A stretch of DNA of 64,000 nt from an uncultured Bacilli bacterium. Lineage in GTDB: Bacteria; Bacillota_I; Bacilli_A; RF39; UBA660. Where the stretch lies: NCBI GenBank assembly GCA_944358825.1, contig CALVSA010000001.1:13354-77353 (forward strand), in the 5' to 3' direction. The notes beneath the pieces were generated by a model. It did no database searches and was not told where the DNA came from. It worked only from the letters and a program-made list of their open reading frames with translations. The position numbers were made by a program, and so were the translations under genes. This document shows positions 29,194 to 39,620 of the stretch, one piece after another (position 1 is the stretch's first letter; each line of letters begins with the position of its first letter).

Positions 29194-31621
29194 TTTTCTT
29201 CTCCTCTTTACTTAATAAATTTAACCACTTATGTTGAACGCTATTAATATCATATATTTCTATATATTCATGGGCCTTTTTGGATAATTCATTTAGTTTA
29301 TTAATATCATTTAAAAGATTTACTACACTTTTTGCATATTTTTCTTTATCCCTATTTTCAATTAATATTCCTCTATCGTCTTTTAGTAAAGTTTTTACAC
29401 CATTAGCACTATCAAAACCAATGCACACAACTGATTGACTTATTGCTTCTAATAATACTAAACCAAATGATTCGGTATGTGATGTCATCATATATAAATC
29501 ATAATTTTTTAATTCTTTTACTAATTTGTCATTTTTGCAAAAACCGCATAGTTTAATATTTTCTTCCAACTTTAAATCTTTAATTTTTATTTGTAACTGT
29601 TCTTTTAGTGGACCATCACCATAAATATCTAATTTTATGTTAGGTATATCTTTTTTTACTATACTTATGATATCAATTAGATCATCATAACCTTTTTCTT
29701 TTACTAATCTACCAACTGATACTAATTTGTTATTGATTTTATCTTTTTTATGATATTTTTCTATATTATCAATAACATTTGGAATATATATACATTTTGT
29801 ATCTTCTAATAATTTGGCATAAAAGTCTCTTAATTCTTCACTTACTAAAACTAAATAATCAATATTGTTGCAAGAGAAACATAGTTTTTTAATATACTTT
29901 TTATTGTTATTATGATAATTATGCTCTGTTGCAATAGCAATTGTATCTCTATTTTTATTACTTCCTACTAATTTATTGTGAAACTCTCTTGTTGTTATTA
30001 TATATTTACTATTGTTTTCTTCTATATATAAAACGTTTTTAAAATATTTTAAAATATAAATTTTTCCAAGTTGAAATCCATATTTAAATATTTGTTTTAT
30101 ATTCTTTTTATTAAGAGCATCTTTAAATTCCTCTTTACGTGGATAATCATTTATCAAATAAGTTATTTTTACTTCTTTTGGAAAATCAAAGTCTGGTTTA
30201 TCATCTAGCTTATATGTAGATATAACTTCAACATTATATTTTGGACTTAACATTTTTGATAAATCAGATACGTATTTTTCGATTCCGCCAGTTCCAAGAT
30301 GAAGCGCAAGAATTGTTACCTTCTTATCGTCTATATCAATGGTATACTGTCCATTTTCAAGATAATAAATTAGCAATACCAGTGCTAAATCAACATAGAA
30401 TATAACAGCAGGAGCTCCTAATGTGTGTCCCACTATCATTGCGATAGCTAATCCTACATATGATATATATCCTAAAGTTAATTGTTTCATATTTAATTTA
30501 AATTTATTTTTTATGCAAAGTGATAATACTTTCAACGAAATTATTACAAATGGTGTTATATAAATGATAAATCCTATTATTCCATAACGGTAAAATATAT
30601 CATGATAATCCATCTCTATTAGTTTAGTAATATTTTCATCATTAATTTCTTCTCGATTAACGAAACCTATTCCAAATAATTTATCAGTAATACTACTATT
30701 AGCGTAAATTTTTTGAATTTTTCGGTTGTAGAAATCACGATCGCTTAATATTACACTCGATACTACTTCATCACTGTAGTCTTCATCTAAATCTGGATTT
30801 TCTTCTCTATATTCAAATCTATTAATACTATTTTTGATATTTTGAATTACAGGTAAATTAGGACTTGAAACAACTATTACTAATAAGATTACTAAAGTCA
30901 TTAAAAATTGTTTAACTTTACCTTTTCTAATTCTAATTAAATAATAAATTAAGAAAATTAATGTTGGTAATAATAATCCTAGCATTGATGTTTTGGTTCC
31001 TATTATTTCTATTCCTAAAACTATTGGAATAACATATAGTAAAATTAAGAAACTATTTGATTTATTTACTAATAAGAATAATAGTGGGAATAATAAAGCA
31101 ACAATTATTCCTATCTCATTTCCAGCATAAAACCAACCTGTATTTCCAACTCCACCATCATACGTTCCAAATGCTGTTCCAGTTACATTTGCTAAAACTA
31201 TTGATAAGCAATATAAAAATAATTCAATTTGTAATAATTTAAATATTTTTCTATTATTTGGTTTAAATTCATCAAATAGATTAAATAATACTAGTAATAG
31301 TACTAATGTATAGAAATATTTAAACATGTATATTACTTCCGTTGTTATAAATGAAAAATTAGAGAATATACTTGTTTTGGTAATAAAGTAAATGACCGCA
31401 AATACCATTAAAATAATTAAATAAATTGTCGATGGTTTTTTATATTTACTTTTCGACCAAAATAATATATAAATTACTGATATAACGAACAAAAGGCCTC
31501 TTACTAAAATTCCTATAGTAAGACGCATATCTAAAAATCTTGTCATAAGTGATGTTGCTATATCTAATAATGGTTGTAATAATATAAACCAGTACATAAT
31601 GTTAACTATCTTTTTTCTCAT
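29183..31621 (-). CDS. Fusion protein: N-terminal Wzy/O-antigen-ligase-like polytopic membrane domain plus C-terminal GT4 (GT-B) glycosyltransferase.
   Basis: The first ~430 aa are multi-TM with a large loop (...GTAFGTYDGGVGNTGWFYAGNEIG...). The C-terminal GT4 EX7E region reads TSHTESFGLVLLEAISQSVVCIGFD. Confidence 0.55.
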   Translation of the reverse strand: MRKKIVNIMYWFILLQPLLDIATSLMTRFLDMRLTIGILVRGLLFVISVIYILFWSKSKYKKPSTIYLIILMVFAVIYFITKTSIFSNFSFITTEVIYMFKYFYTLVLLLVLFNLFDEFKPNNRKIFKLLQIELFLYCLSIVLANVTGTAFGTYDGGVGNTGWFYAGNEIGIIVALLFPLLFLLVNKSNSFLILLYVIPIVLGIEIIGTKTSMLGLLLPTLIFLIYYLIRIRKGKVKQFLMTLVILLVIVVSSPNLPVIQNIKNSINRFEYREENPDLDEDYSDEVVSSVILSDRDFYNRKIQKIYANSSITDKLFGIGFVNREEINDENITKLIEMDYHDIFYRYGIIGFIIYITPFVIISLKVLSLCIKNKFKLNMKQLTLGYISYVGLAIAMIVGHTLGAPAVIFYVDLALVLLIYYLENGQYTIDIDDKKVTILALHLGTGGIEKYVSDLSKMLSPKYNVEVISTYKLDDKPDFDFPKEVKITYLINDYPRKEEFKDALNKKNIKQIFKYGFQLGKIYILKYFKNVLYIEENNSKYIITTREFHNKLVGSNKNRDTIAIATEHNYHNNNKKYIKKLCFSCNNIDYLVLVSEELRDFYAKLLEDTKCIYIPNVIDNIEKYHKKDKINNKLVSVGRLVKEKGYDDLIDIISIVKKDIPNIKLDIYGDGPLKEQLQIKIKDLKLEENIKLCGFCKNDKLVKELKNYDLYMMTSHTESFGLVLLEAISQSVVCIGFDSANGVKTLLKDDRGILIENRDKEKYAKSVVNLLNDINKLNELSKKAHEYIEIYDINSVQHKWLNLLSKEEKKNEK

Positions 31622-32798
31622 CTTTACTACTCCTTATTGAAACATATGGATAAATGCATAAAAACTTTAGCAAGTCTTCGACCTTTTTTTCGTTTTCTTT
31701 TGATACAATTATTTCATCAAATCCTTTATCCATTTCTTTAAACATATCATAATATAATTTTGGTAAACTATGGTTTACTAATTGTTTGTTAAAAATTCTT
31801 AAGTCATTTCCTAAGTAAATAGGATCTTTCCTATTATATATTTGCTCAAAATTTATGGTTCTATGCTCTTTATTTTTATAAAAATTAATTAAACTAACTA
31901 AAAACTCATAATTTTTATAATCTTCTTGATATCTTTTTTTTATTATATACTCAACTATACTTGCTTTATTAGTTGTTTCTTTTTTTTGATATATAGGTTT
32001 ATAAATATTAAATAATTTTAATTTAGAAAATATTCTAAATATAATATATTGTAACTTATAAAGTGGTATATTATAAAATTTCATTAGTTGCGTTGCTGTT
32101 CTTAATTCTCCATTAATAAGGCATAGCTTCCCTACTTCATTATTTGCGTAATTTCCTGAATATACTCTATATTTATAAAAGCTAAAATCAACTTTTTTTA
32201 TATTTAACATACTAACTTTATCTTTTTCAATATTTAACCAAAAAGGCTTATTCCAAGTTAAATAGTTATTGTAGACTTTTTTCTCAAAGCTTTCTTTCCT
32301 GTGAAAAGCAACATCAACATATAAATTTCTACCAAGCCATAACAATTGAGTGGCAATTGTTTTTTCTGCATTTATATAATTGAGAACTTCTTCGGTTTTA
32401 GTTATATTACTATTTTCGTCTATAATTGTCAAGTTTCCTATTATTCCATCTATTTTTGGATGCTCATCTAAATATGCAGCTGCCTTTGAAACAGAATTCT
32501 GATCAAATAATAAATCATCAGAGTGTAATATGTAAACATAATCTCCTGTAATATACTGCATGCCATTAATAAGTGCGCGTAGTTGATCCTGATTTTCTTG
32601 AAAAACATATTTTATCTTTTTATTTAGATTATTTTTTTCTATATATGTATTTATAACTTCTTTTGTATTATCAGATGATCCATCATCGATAATAATAAGT
32701 TCCCAATTATTATAGTTTTGGCTACATATACTATCTAATGTTTCACAAATAGTATCAGCATCATTATATGTTGGCATTAAAATTGATACTTTTTTCAC
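31602..32798 (-). CDS. Family 2 glycosyltransferase.
   Basis: GT2 N-terminal signature VSILMPTYNDADTICETLDSICSQNY...ELIIIDDGSSDNT, and DxD in YILHSDD. Confidence 0.8.
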   Translation of the reverse strand: MKKVSILMPTYNDADTICETLDSICSQNYNNWELIIIDDGSSDNTKEVINTYIEKNNLNKKIKYVFQENQDQLRALINGMQYITGDYVYILHSDDLLFDQNSVSKAAAYLDEHPKIDGIIGNLTIIDENSNITKTEEVLNYINAEKTIATQLLWLGRNLYVDVAFHRKESFEKKVYNNYLTWNKPFWLNIEKDKVSMLNIKKVDFSFYKYRVYSGNYANNEVGKLCLINGELRTATQLMKFYNIPLYKLQYIIFRIFSKLKLFNIYKPIYQKKETTNKASIVEYIIKKRYQEDYKNYEFLVSLINFYKNKEHRTINFEQIYNRKDPIYLGNDLRIFNKQLVNHSLPKLYYDMFKEMDKGFDEIIVSKENEKKVEDLLKFLCIYPYVSIRSSKDEKKDS

Positions 32799-32813
32799 TT
32801 TATCACTCCTTAT

Positions 32814-34334
32814 TTATATTTTTTTTAAGATTTTTTTAATTGCATATTTTAAATAGCTTCCATATTCACTATTGTAATAATAAATTATTAAAGGTATAAC
32901 TGGTATTGTAATACATATGATACCATGTATTATAAATCCTAAAACTCCATTTATGACTGTGAAATCACATATTAGACTACATAAATATCCTACTAGTATA
33001 AAGTATAATAGATATGCTATATTTTTTAAATAATATTCTTTAGGGCTTTTTTTAAAAGATTTTTTATATATAATATATGGATCGTACCACATAAAAGATA
33101 GTAAATTAGAAATTAATGTTCCTAATAGTACACCAAATATTCCTATTTTTTGTACAAGAACAATAGATACTACTATATTTACTACCATTCCAAAAAATGG
33201 CATAAATTTTGCATTTCTAAATAATCCATAACTGCTTCTATATGATGATAAAAATTTTCTTAATCCTTCTATATAAAGATTAATTGCCAAAATTAAGACA
33301 AATAAACCAGTTATTAAAAATTTATCACCAATCCAAATTGTAATAAAATCATTAGCTAAACAGTAAACTCCAATGGCAAATATTCCAAAGAAGGTTACAG
33401 TCAATAAATTTACTAATCTAAATATAAAATATTCTTTTTCTTCTTCTTCAGTAGCATGTAAATTCCCTATACTAGCTGTTATAGCGTTAAAAAATGTACT
33501 TAATACATTAATTATAGAATTGACTATTAATAAATAATTAGAATATAATCCAACGACTGCTAGTCCTAAAAATTTTGAAATTACAACATTATCTGTTGCG
33601 GTTAAAACTACATAATTAGTTCTATATATTAATAGTGAACCACAATCTTTGAAAATATCTTTTTTTTCTTCTTTAGTTAATGATGCTTCTGGTTTTTCTT
33701 TGATAAAAGGATACATTTTTCTTGCTTTAATGGCAATTATTCCAGCTTGTATAATTCCAAATAGAACTACTGTAATTATATATATGTAAAAATTCTTAAA
33801 TACTAATAATACCAATATTTGGGCTAAATTACTAATTATAGTTACAATATTACTTATTCTATTAACAATATAATTTTTTTGATTTGCATTTAAAAATTCT
33901 GTATTGGATGCAAAAAATAAGTATGTAGACGCTGTTTGGAAAACATAGATTAGAAAAACAATATTTAAGTTGATGAAATCAACTTTTTCTTTAATAATAT
34001 AAGGTAAAAAAGGCATCAATATTAAAGAGATTACTATAATTACTATACCAATTATAAAATAAACTTTTTTCAAATAATGAATTATAATATTTTGTCTTTT
34101 AATATCTCCTTCAGCAATTGGTTTATACAAGCTAAAAACTAATGCTGTTCCTATTCCTAAATCAGTTAGGGATAATAGTGTTAAAATATTAGTAAATAAT
34201 CCATTAATACCTAAATATTGTTCTCCTAAACATTGTATAAAAACAGTTCTAGTTACAAATCTAAATATTAATATTAATAATTGATTTATTAAGCCAGTTA
34301 TCATATTTTTTGTTGAGTTTTCAGTTCTTGTCAT
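32814..34334 (-). CDS. wzx: Wzx-type polysaccharide flippase (MOP superfamily).
   Basis: About 12 TM helices. The N-terminus NMITGLINQLLILIFRFVTRTVFIQCLGEQYLGINGLF is typical of the polysaccharide biosynthesis protein / Wzx family. Confidence 0.7.
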   Translation of the reverse strand: MTRTENSTKNMITGLINQLLILIFRFVTRTVFIQCLGEQYLGINGLFTNILTLLSLTDLGIGTALVFSLYKPIAEGDIKRQNIIIHYLKKVYFIIGIVIIVISLILMPFLPYIIKEKVDFINLNIVFLIYVFQTASTYLFFASNTEFLNANQKNYIVNRISNIVTIISNLAQILVLLVFKNFYIYIITVVLFGIIQAGIIAIKARKMYPFIKEKPEASLTKEEKKDIFKDCGSLLIYRTNYVVLTATDNVVISKFLGLAVVGLYSNYLLIVNSIINVLSTFFNAITASIGNLHATEEEEKEYFIFRLVNLLTVTFFGIFAIGVYCLANDFITIWIGDKFLITGLFVLILAINLYIEGLRKFLSSYRSSYGLFRNAKFMPFFGMVVNIVVSIVLVQKIGIFGVLLGTLISNLLSFMWYDPYIIYKKSFKKSPKEYYLKNIAYLLYFILVGYLCSLICDFTVINGVLGFIIHGIICITIPVIPLIIYYYNSEYGSYLKYAIKKILKKI

Positions 34335-34346
34335 ATGACACCTCTT

Positions 34347-35459
34347 CTATTTAGTGTATTTTTCTAAAATTACATCTACTATTTTTTTACTTGCTTGTCC
34401 ATCTCCATATGGATTAGATGCTTGACTCATTTTATCATATAATTCTTGATTATCAAGTAATTCTTTGGTTTTTTTATAAATTGTTTGCTCATCAGTTCCT
34501 ACTAATTTTAAAGTTCCCGCTGATATTCCTTCTGGTCTTTCAGTCGTATTTCTTAATACTAAAACTGGTTTTCCAAGTGATGGTGCTTCTTCTTGAATTC
34601 CTCCAGAATCAGTTAATATAATATAACTTTTATTAATAAAGTTATGAAAATCAACTACTTCTAATGGCTCTATTAATTTTACTTTATCAATATCTCCAAA
34701 AATTTCATGAGCAATTGATCTTACTTTAGGATTCATATGGATTGGATAAACAACTTTTACACCATCATATTCATCGACTATTCTCTTAATTGCTCTAAAT
34801 ATATTTTTCATTGGTTCGCCAAGATTTTCACGACGATGAGCCGTTAATAATATCATTTTATCTGAACCAATCCAATCAAATATTTCATTATGGTAATTTT
34901 CTTTAACGGTTGTTTGCATTGCGTCTATAGCTGTATTACCAGTTATGTATATTTTGTTTTCATCAATATTTTCTGCTAGTAAATTTTGCATACTTATCTT
35001 TGTTGGAGCAAAATACATATCACTCAAGCGATCGACCATTTGTCTGTTCATCTCTTCAGGAAATGGAGCGTATTTATCCCATGTTCTAAGTCCTGCTTCT
35101 ACGTGTCCGACATCTACTTGAGAGTAAAAAGCCGCTAGTGCTCCTGCAAAGGTGGTTGTAGTATCACCATGAACTAACACAATGTCTGGTTTTTCTTTGG
35201 TAATAATTTCTTCTAGTCCCATTATTGCCCTAGTAGTTATTTCAGATAATGTTTGGCCTTTTTTCATAATGTTTAAATCATAATCAGGAGTGATTTTAAA
35301 TACTTCTAAAACTTGATCTAGCATTTCACGATGTTGTGCTGTTACACAAACTATTGATTTTATTTCTTTTCTACTATTTAATTCTTTTACTAATGGAGCC
35401 ATTTTTATAGCTTCTGGTCTCGTACCAAAAATACTCATAACTTTTATCATTTTTATCAC
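34347..35459 (-). CDS. wecB: UDP-N-acetylglucosamine 2-epimerase (non-hydrolysing).
   Basis: KVMSIFGTRPEAIKMAPLV...HVEAGLRT...HGDTTTTFAGALAAFY is a strong WecB/MnaA match. Confidence 0.9.
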   Translation of the reverse strand: MIKMIKVMSIFGTRPEAIKMAPLVKELNSRKEIKSIVCVTAQHREMLDQVLEVFKITPDYDLNIMKKGQTLSEITTRAIMGLEEIITKEKPDIVLVHGDTTTTFAGALAAFYSQVDVGHVEAGLRTWDKYAPFPEEMNRQMVDRLSDMYFAPTKISMQNLLAENIDENKIYITGNTAIDAMQTTVKENYHNEIFDWIGSDKMILLTAHRRENLGEPMKNIFRAIKRIVDEYDGVKVVYPIHMNPKVRSIAHEIFGDIDKVKLIEPLEVVDFHNFINKSYIILTDSGGIQEEAPSLGKPVLVLRNTTERPEGISAGTLKLVGTDEQTIYKKTKELLDNQELYDKMSQASNPYGDGQASKKIVDVILEKYTK

Positions 35460-36164
35460 CTATACTTTATTTATAAACTTTCTATATAGTCCTGCTCTTG
35501 TTTTAGAAGTCAAACGTAATTTTATAAATTTATTTATTTTTCTTGCCAATGGTTTAGCACCTTCCATCCAAGTTCCTGTAAATATATGAATTATTGATGA
35601 TTCTTTTGATGGATTACATAAAATATAATCAGGATAAACTCTAATTCCCTCTTTTAATAACTGTTCTTGATTATTAACTTTACAACCATATTTATTTATT
35701 AATATTTCTGAGACTATTTTAGTATTAACTGCTTTCATTTGATCATTTGTATCAAATTCAAATGTTCTTCCTTCATAGTAGTCTAAAATATCTTTAGTTA
35801 ATGGATGTCCTTTTTCACAACCACAGGCTGCTGTATATGGATAATTAGGATTTTCAAAGCCGACAAAAGCTCGATCATTTAAAAATTTATCCAAACTTTC
35901 TAAAACTAAATTATCAGTATCAAGATAAATTCCACCATGATTATATAATGCATACATTCTAATATAATCACTTACATACGCCCATTTTTTAGCGGAATAT
36001 GCGCTTTTAGTAAAGGGATGAGAGTTAATGTCAAAATTATTTTCATTCCACTCTATTATCTCGTAATCTTTTAATTTCTTTTTCCATGATTTTATACATC
36101 TTTCAATATCTTTAGGCTTCTTTTTTCCACCTACCCAAACATAGTGGATTTTTTTTGGTATCAT
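35460..36164 (-). CDS. DXD-motif sugar-binding glycosyltransferase (GT32 / Gly_transf_sug-like).
   Basis: MIPKKIHYVWVGG...YVSDYIRMYALYNHGGIYLDTD is the conserved GT32-like block. Confidence 0.65.
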   Translation of the reverse strand: MIPKKIHYVWVGGKKKPKDIERCIKSWKKKLKDYEIIEWNENNFDINSHPFTKSAYSAKKWAYVSDYIRMYALYNHGGIYLDTDNLVLESLDKFLNDRAFVGFENPNYPYTAACGCEKGHPLTKDILDYYEGRTFEFDTNDQMKAVNTKIVSEILINKYGCKVNNQEQLLKEGIRVYPDYILCNPSKESSIIHIFTGTWMEGAKPLARKINKFIKLRLTSKTRAGLYRKFINKV

Positions 36165-36175
36165 ACTTCACCTCT

Positions 36176-37297
36176 TTATTTAAATTTTTTATCTATTAGC
36201 ATATCAACAAACCTTTGACATACTTTTCCATTGTTTAAACTATTATATTTTTTATTAAACTCTTTTACTTTAGGCATATATTCTTTATTAATTTCATCGA
36301 TGTTTTTTATAGTATTTACTAATTCATCTTCATTATATACTATTTTACCTGGCAAATCGTTTTTATAATCAAGATAAAAGCCTCCTCTTAATTTTAAGTA
36401 ATCTTCATAATCATAAGGATACATAATAAGACTTTTTTCTAATAGCATATATGGAAATACTATTGACGAGTAATCTGTTATTAGAATATCTGTTACTAAA
36501 TATAAATCTAGAATATTTGGATACCATCCTACATTTATAAAATTAGATGGTAATTTTTTATTTTCAATTTTTTTACTAACTAGTGGATGCAATCTTAATA
36601 AGACTGTGTAATCTTTTAAATCCTCTAGTTTTGTAATTGGTATTTTTAACTCATCTCCACTTTTGTTCAAATCTGTATCTCTAAATGTTGGGGCGTATAA
36701 AATGACTTTTTTATTATCAAGTCCTATTTTATTTTTAATATTATCAACGTATTGTTTAGTATGGTTAACTAATAAATCAGTTTCACAATTACCTACTACA
36801 AAGCACTTCTTTTTGTAACCAACACTGCTTGATAGAGCATCTTTATTATACTCATCAGTTGCGATTAAATAATCCCACTCTTTTGCGTGATCTATTGTTT
36901 CGGTTGGTCTTTCACTTTCTTTCATGCAATCATAACCACATTTTTTAAAATTTCCTGCACCATGCCACATTTGAATGTATACTTGATTTTCCTTCTTTTT
37001 TATAATACTGCCTAAACTTTGACTTCTAATCCAATATTTGGAAGTTACCATCGCTATAAAACCTTTAAGAGTTTTGTAGTAAGCATAATCGTTTTCATCT
37101 AACATTGATATATCAGTATCTTTTTCTACTAACCATACACATTCGAATTTATCTTTACAATTTTCTTTAATATATTTATATACTGCATATGGATTACAAT
37201 CTACTTTAGAGCGTCCTGATTGAAATAATATTTTATTTTCTTTGACTTTGAAAAAATTGGCAAAAAAATTTAATATAGCTCCTACTACTTTTTTCAT
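36176..37297 (-). CDS. CDP-alditol phosphotransferase of the TagF/TarL family (teichoic acid polyol-phosphate transferase).
   Basis: TagF-family blocks QMWHGAGNFKKCGY and LYAPTFRDTD. Confidence 0.7.
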   Translation of the reverse strand: MKKVVGAILNFFANFFKVKENKILFQSGRSKVDCNPYAVYKYIKENCKDKFECVWLVEKDTDISMLDENDYAYYKTLKGFIAMVTSKYWIRSQSLGSIIKKKENQVYIQMWHGAGNFKKCGYDCMKESERPTETIDHAKEWDYLIATDEYNKDALSSSVGYKKKCFVVGNCETDLLVNHTKQYVDNIKNKIGLDNKKVILYAPTFRDTDLNKSGDELKIPITKLEDLKDYTVLLRLHPLVSKKIENKKLPSNFINVGWYPNILDLYLVTDILITDYSSIVFPYMLLEKSLIMYPYDYEDYLKLRGGFYLDYKNDLPGKIVYNEDELVNTIKNIDEINKEYMPKVKEFNKKYNSLNNGKVCQRFVDMLIDKKFK

Positions 37298-37400
37298 GCT
37301 TATACCTACTTTCTACATTAAATATGTAATTTGCTTCTTTAATTATAACAAGAAAGAACTACTATGTCAAATATGTTAATATCATTTTAAACTCGTTTTT

Positions 37401-37880
37401 CTAGTTATTATCAATAAAGTTTTCAATAATTTTTATCATGTTATTAGTGTTACTTTTAAATTGTTTTGGTTTAAAAGTTTTTGCTTTATTTAATACTTCC
37501 TTTAAATCATCATTTTCATATAGTGGAATGATATAACCTGCTTTAGTAAAATTAGCAGTAATTTGCAGTTGATGATCGTTCATATGCTCATCGTACTTGG
37601 CTAGTCTAGGTGCAACTATAACTTTTTTATTGTGCTGAAGACCATTTATAATTGATCCAACTCCTCCATGGGTAATTAATATATCACAACTATCTATTAG
37701 TTCAGAGAATTTTTGTCTATCTATTAAATCAAAAATCTCCATATTTTTACTTTCATATTTTGTATGCCCGGCTTGTACAATTACTTTATCCTTAATATTT
37801 TTTAAATTTATTTGTTCTTCTACTGCATCTAATAATCTTTTAAATTGTTTATCTTGTGTTCCTAATGTAACTAAAATCAT
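37401..37880 (-). CDS. Alg13-like catalytic subunit (GT28 C-terminal domain; EpsF/Cps14G-type). Start revised to internal Met MILVTLGTQ.
   Basis: MILVTLGTQDKQFKRLL...DILITHGGVGSII...YDEHMNDHQLQI parallels Cps14G/Alg13. The track start at 37937 would overlap the Alg14-like gene by 58 nt. The revised ATG at 37878-37880 abuts that gene's stop. Confidence 0.7.
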   Translation of the reverse strand: MILVTLGTQDKQFKRLLDAVEEQINLKNIKDKVIVQAGHTKYESKNMEIFDLIDRQKFSELIDSCDILITHGGVGSIINGLQHNKKVIVAPRLAKYDEHMNDHQLQITANFTKAGYIIPLYENDDLKEVLNKAKTFKPKQFKSNTNNMIKIIENFIDNN

Positions 37881-38374
37881 TAGAATATCCACCCCCCATA
37901 TACTGCATTTGGATATACTTTTTTTAGTTCTTCCCATTGTACTATAAATAAGTCTGCAAATTTATATACTAATCTACCGGTTCTTGTTTTGGTATTAGAA
38001 TTAGCAAATGTTTCAATAAATATGATTTTACTACCAAATAATTTAGCAATACAACACATTGGTCCGGCGGTATGTGCTCCGGTTGTGATAACATATTTTG
38101 GTCTTACTTTTATAAAAATACATAAAGATTTAATACTATTTATAAGTAGTTTAAATGGATATGTTATTTTTTTTAATGGAGTTGTATATGTGCCATACAA
38201 TAGAAAAGATACTCTTTTGGGATATTTATCTTTTAAACTTAGATTAGATTTTGTTTTTTCTGTAACTATATAATAATCATATTTTTCAAACATACTTTTA
38301 AGTTGCATTAATTCATCTAGATGTCCTCCTGTTGAGGATATAAACATAACTTTTTTCATTTTAAACTCCTCCAT
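37880..38374 (-). CDS. Alg14-like membrane-associated subunit (EpsE/Cps14F-type).
   Basis: MKKVMFISSTGGHLDELMQL motif and a short 164-aa length. It pairs with the downstream Alg13-like gene. Confidence 0.65.
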   Translation of the reverse strand: MEEFKMKKVMFISSTGGHLDELMQLKSMFEKYDYYIVTEKTKSNLSLKDKYPKRVSFLLYGTYTTPLKKITYPFKLLINSIKSLCIFIKVRPKYVITTGAHTAGPMCCIAKLFGSKIIFIETFANSNTKTRTGRLVYKFADLFIVQWEELKKVYPNAVYGGWIF

Positions 38375-39620
38375 TTACATAACTTATAAATTGTTCTTTT
38401 GTTGTCCAATTTACTATTACCCACCTTGGAAGTCTGTATTTATCTGCATTAACTTTTACTATATGTTCTCCCCCTGCCATTTCTCCTGCAAATGCCATTG
38501 TAAAACCAGCTTTTTTTAGCATTTCAATACTATATTCATTGTATTCATAAAACGGATAACAAAATACTGTTGTATTATTTAATTTTTCTCTGCTTAATTT
38601 TAAATCAGCAAGTAATTTTTCTTCTTCTAAACATTTTATCGCTCCACCTTGTCCTCCAGGACAAACACCACCATTATGTATATCATCACCGTGTGAATGA
38701 ACTTCTAAATATTCTGATTCAAATTCATCTTTATTAAACCATGAAGTTATCAAAAATAAAGTTGCATTTATTTCATACATATCAACATATTTTTTGGCAA
38801 CGTCTGCTCTAGTTCCATCATCAAATGTGATAGATACACTTTTTTGAGGTAATTGTAGTTTGCCATCGATATACATTTCTAATTCTTTCATAGTCGGCGT
38901 AAAAAAGTTATTTTCTTTTATGTAAGAAAAGTGTTCTTTTATTTGAGTAGCAGAATGACATATTTCTTCATTACAAGAAGTATCACTATTTTCAAAAACA
39001 AAATGATAATTTAGAACCGGAACTCCAGTTGAATTTTTTTCTTGTGTATTTTCATTATCTACTATCTCTTTTACATCTTCTTTTTTAACATATAAAAGAT
39101 TATTATTAAATTCTACTCCATAACTATCTTCGTTTTTTATAATAATAGGCAAATTAAGACTTTCAGATATTTCATATACTAAATTATTATTATCATCATA
39201 AAAAGATGTATTTTCATCAGTAATAATATTTTCGTTAAATACAATGTAATTTTTATATCTGTTATTAATTTCTGATAAATCACTAATTTTTTCTAAATTT
39301 TTATAATCAATGTAATACTCCTTATTATTAATTATTGTTTTAAAATATTTTGTATCTTTGTTAATGTCTATTTCTTCTAATTCTAATTCTACATTTTTAG
39401 CAATTAGTCCAACTTTTTCATCTTCATCATTATAAAGTAAAGTGTCATCTTTAGTTTTTACGTACTGATTATAATAGTTTTTCGGACTATCTTTTAAAAC
39501 GTTTTCATCCTTGTTATTATTTTTAAATAACAATATTACTAATACTACTATTAATACTATTAGTAATAGTGTAATTACTACTGGTACTTTTTTAAGTTTT
39601 CGTCTAGTTTTTCTTTTCAT
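38361..39620 (-). CDS. Polysaccharide deacetylase (NodB domain) with an N-terminal TM anchor and a long extracytoplasmic N-domain.
   Basis: TM region VVITLLLIVLIVVLVILLF. NodB motifs VSITFDDGTRADV and HSHGDDIH are present. Confidence 0.65.
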   Translation of the reverse strand: MKRKTRRKLKKVPVVITLLLIVLIVVLVILLFKNNNKDENVLKDSPKNYYNQYVKTKDDTLLYNDEDEKVGLIAKNVELELEEIDINKDTKYFKTIINNKEYYIDYKNLEKISDLSEINNRYKNYIVFNENIITDENTSFYDDNNNLVYEISESLNLPIIIKNEDSYGVEFNNNLLYVKKEDVKEIVDNENTQEKNSTGVPVLNYHFVFENSDTSCNEEICHSATQIKEHFSYIKENNFFTPTMKELEMYIDGKLQLPQKSVSITFDDGTRADVAKKYVDMYEINATLFLITSWFNKDEFESEYLEVHSHGDDIHNGGVCPGGQGGAIKCLEEEKLLADLKLSREKLNNTTVFCYPFYEYNEYSIEMLKKAGFTMAFAGEMAGGEHIVKVNADKYRLPRWVIVNWTTKEQFISYVNGGV

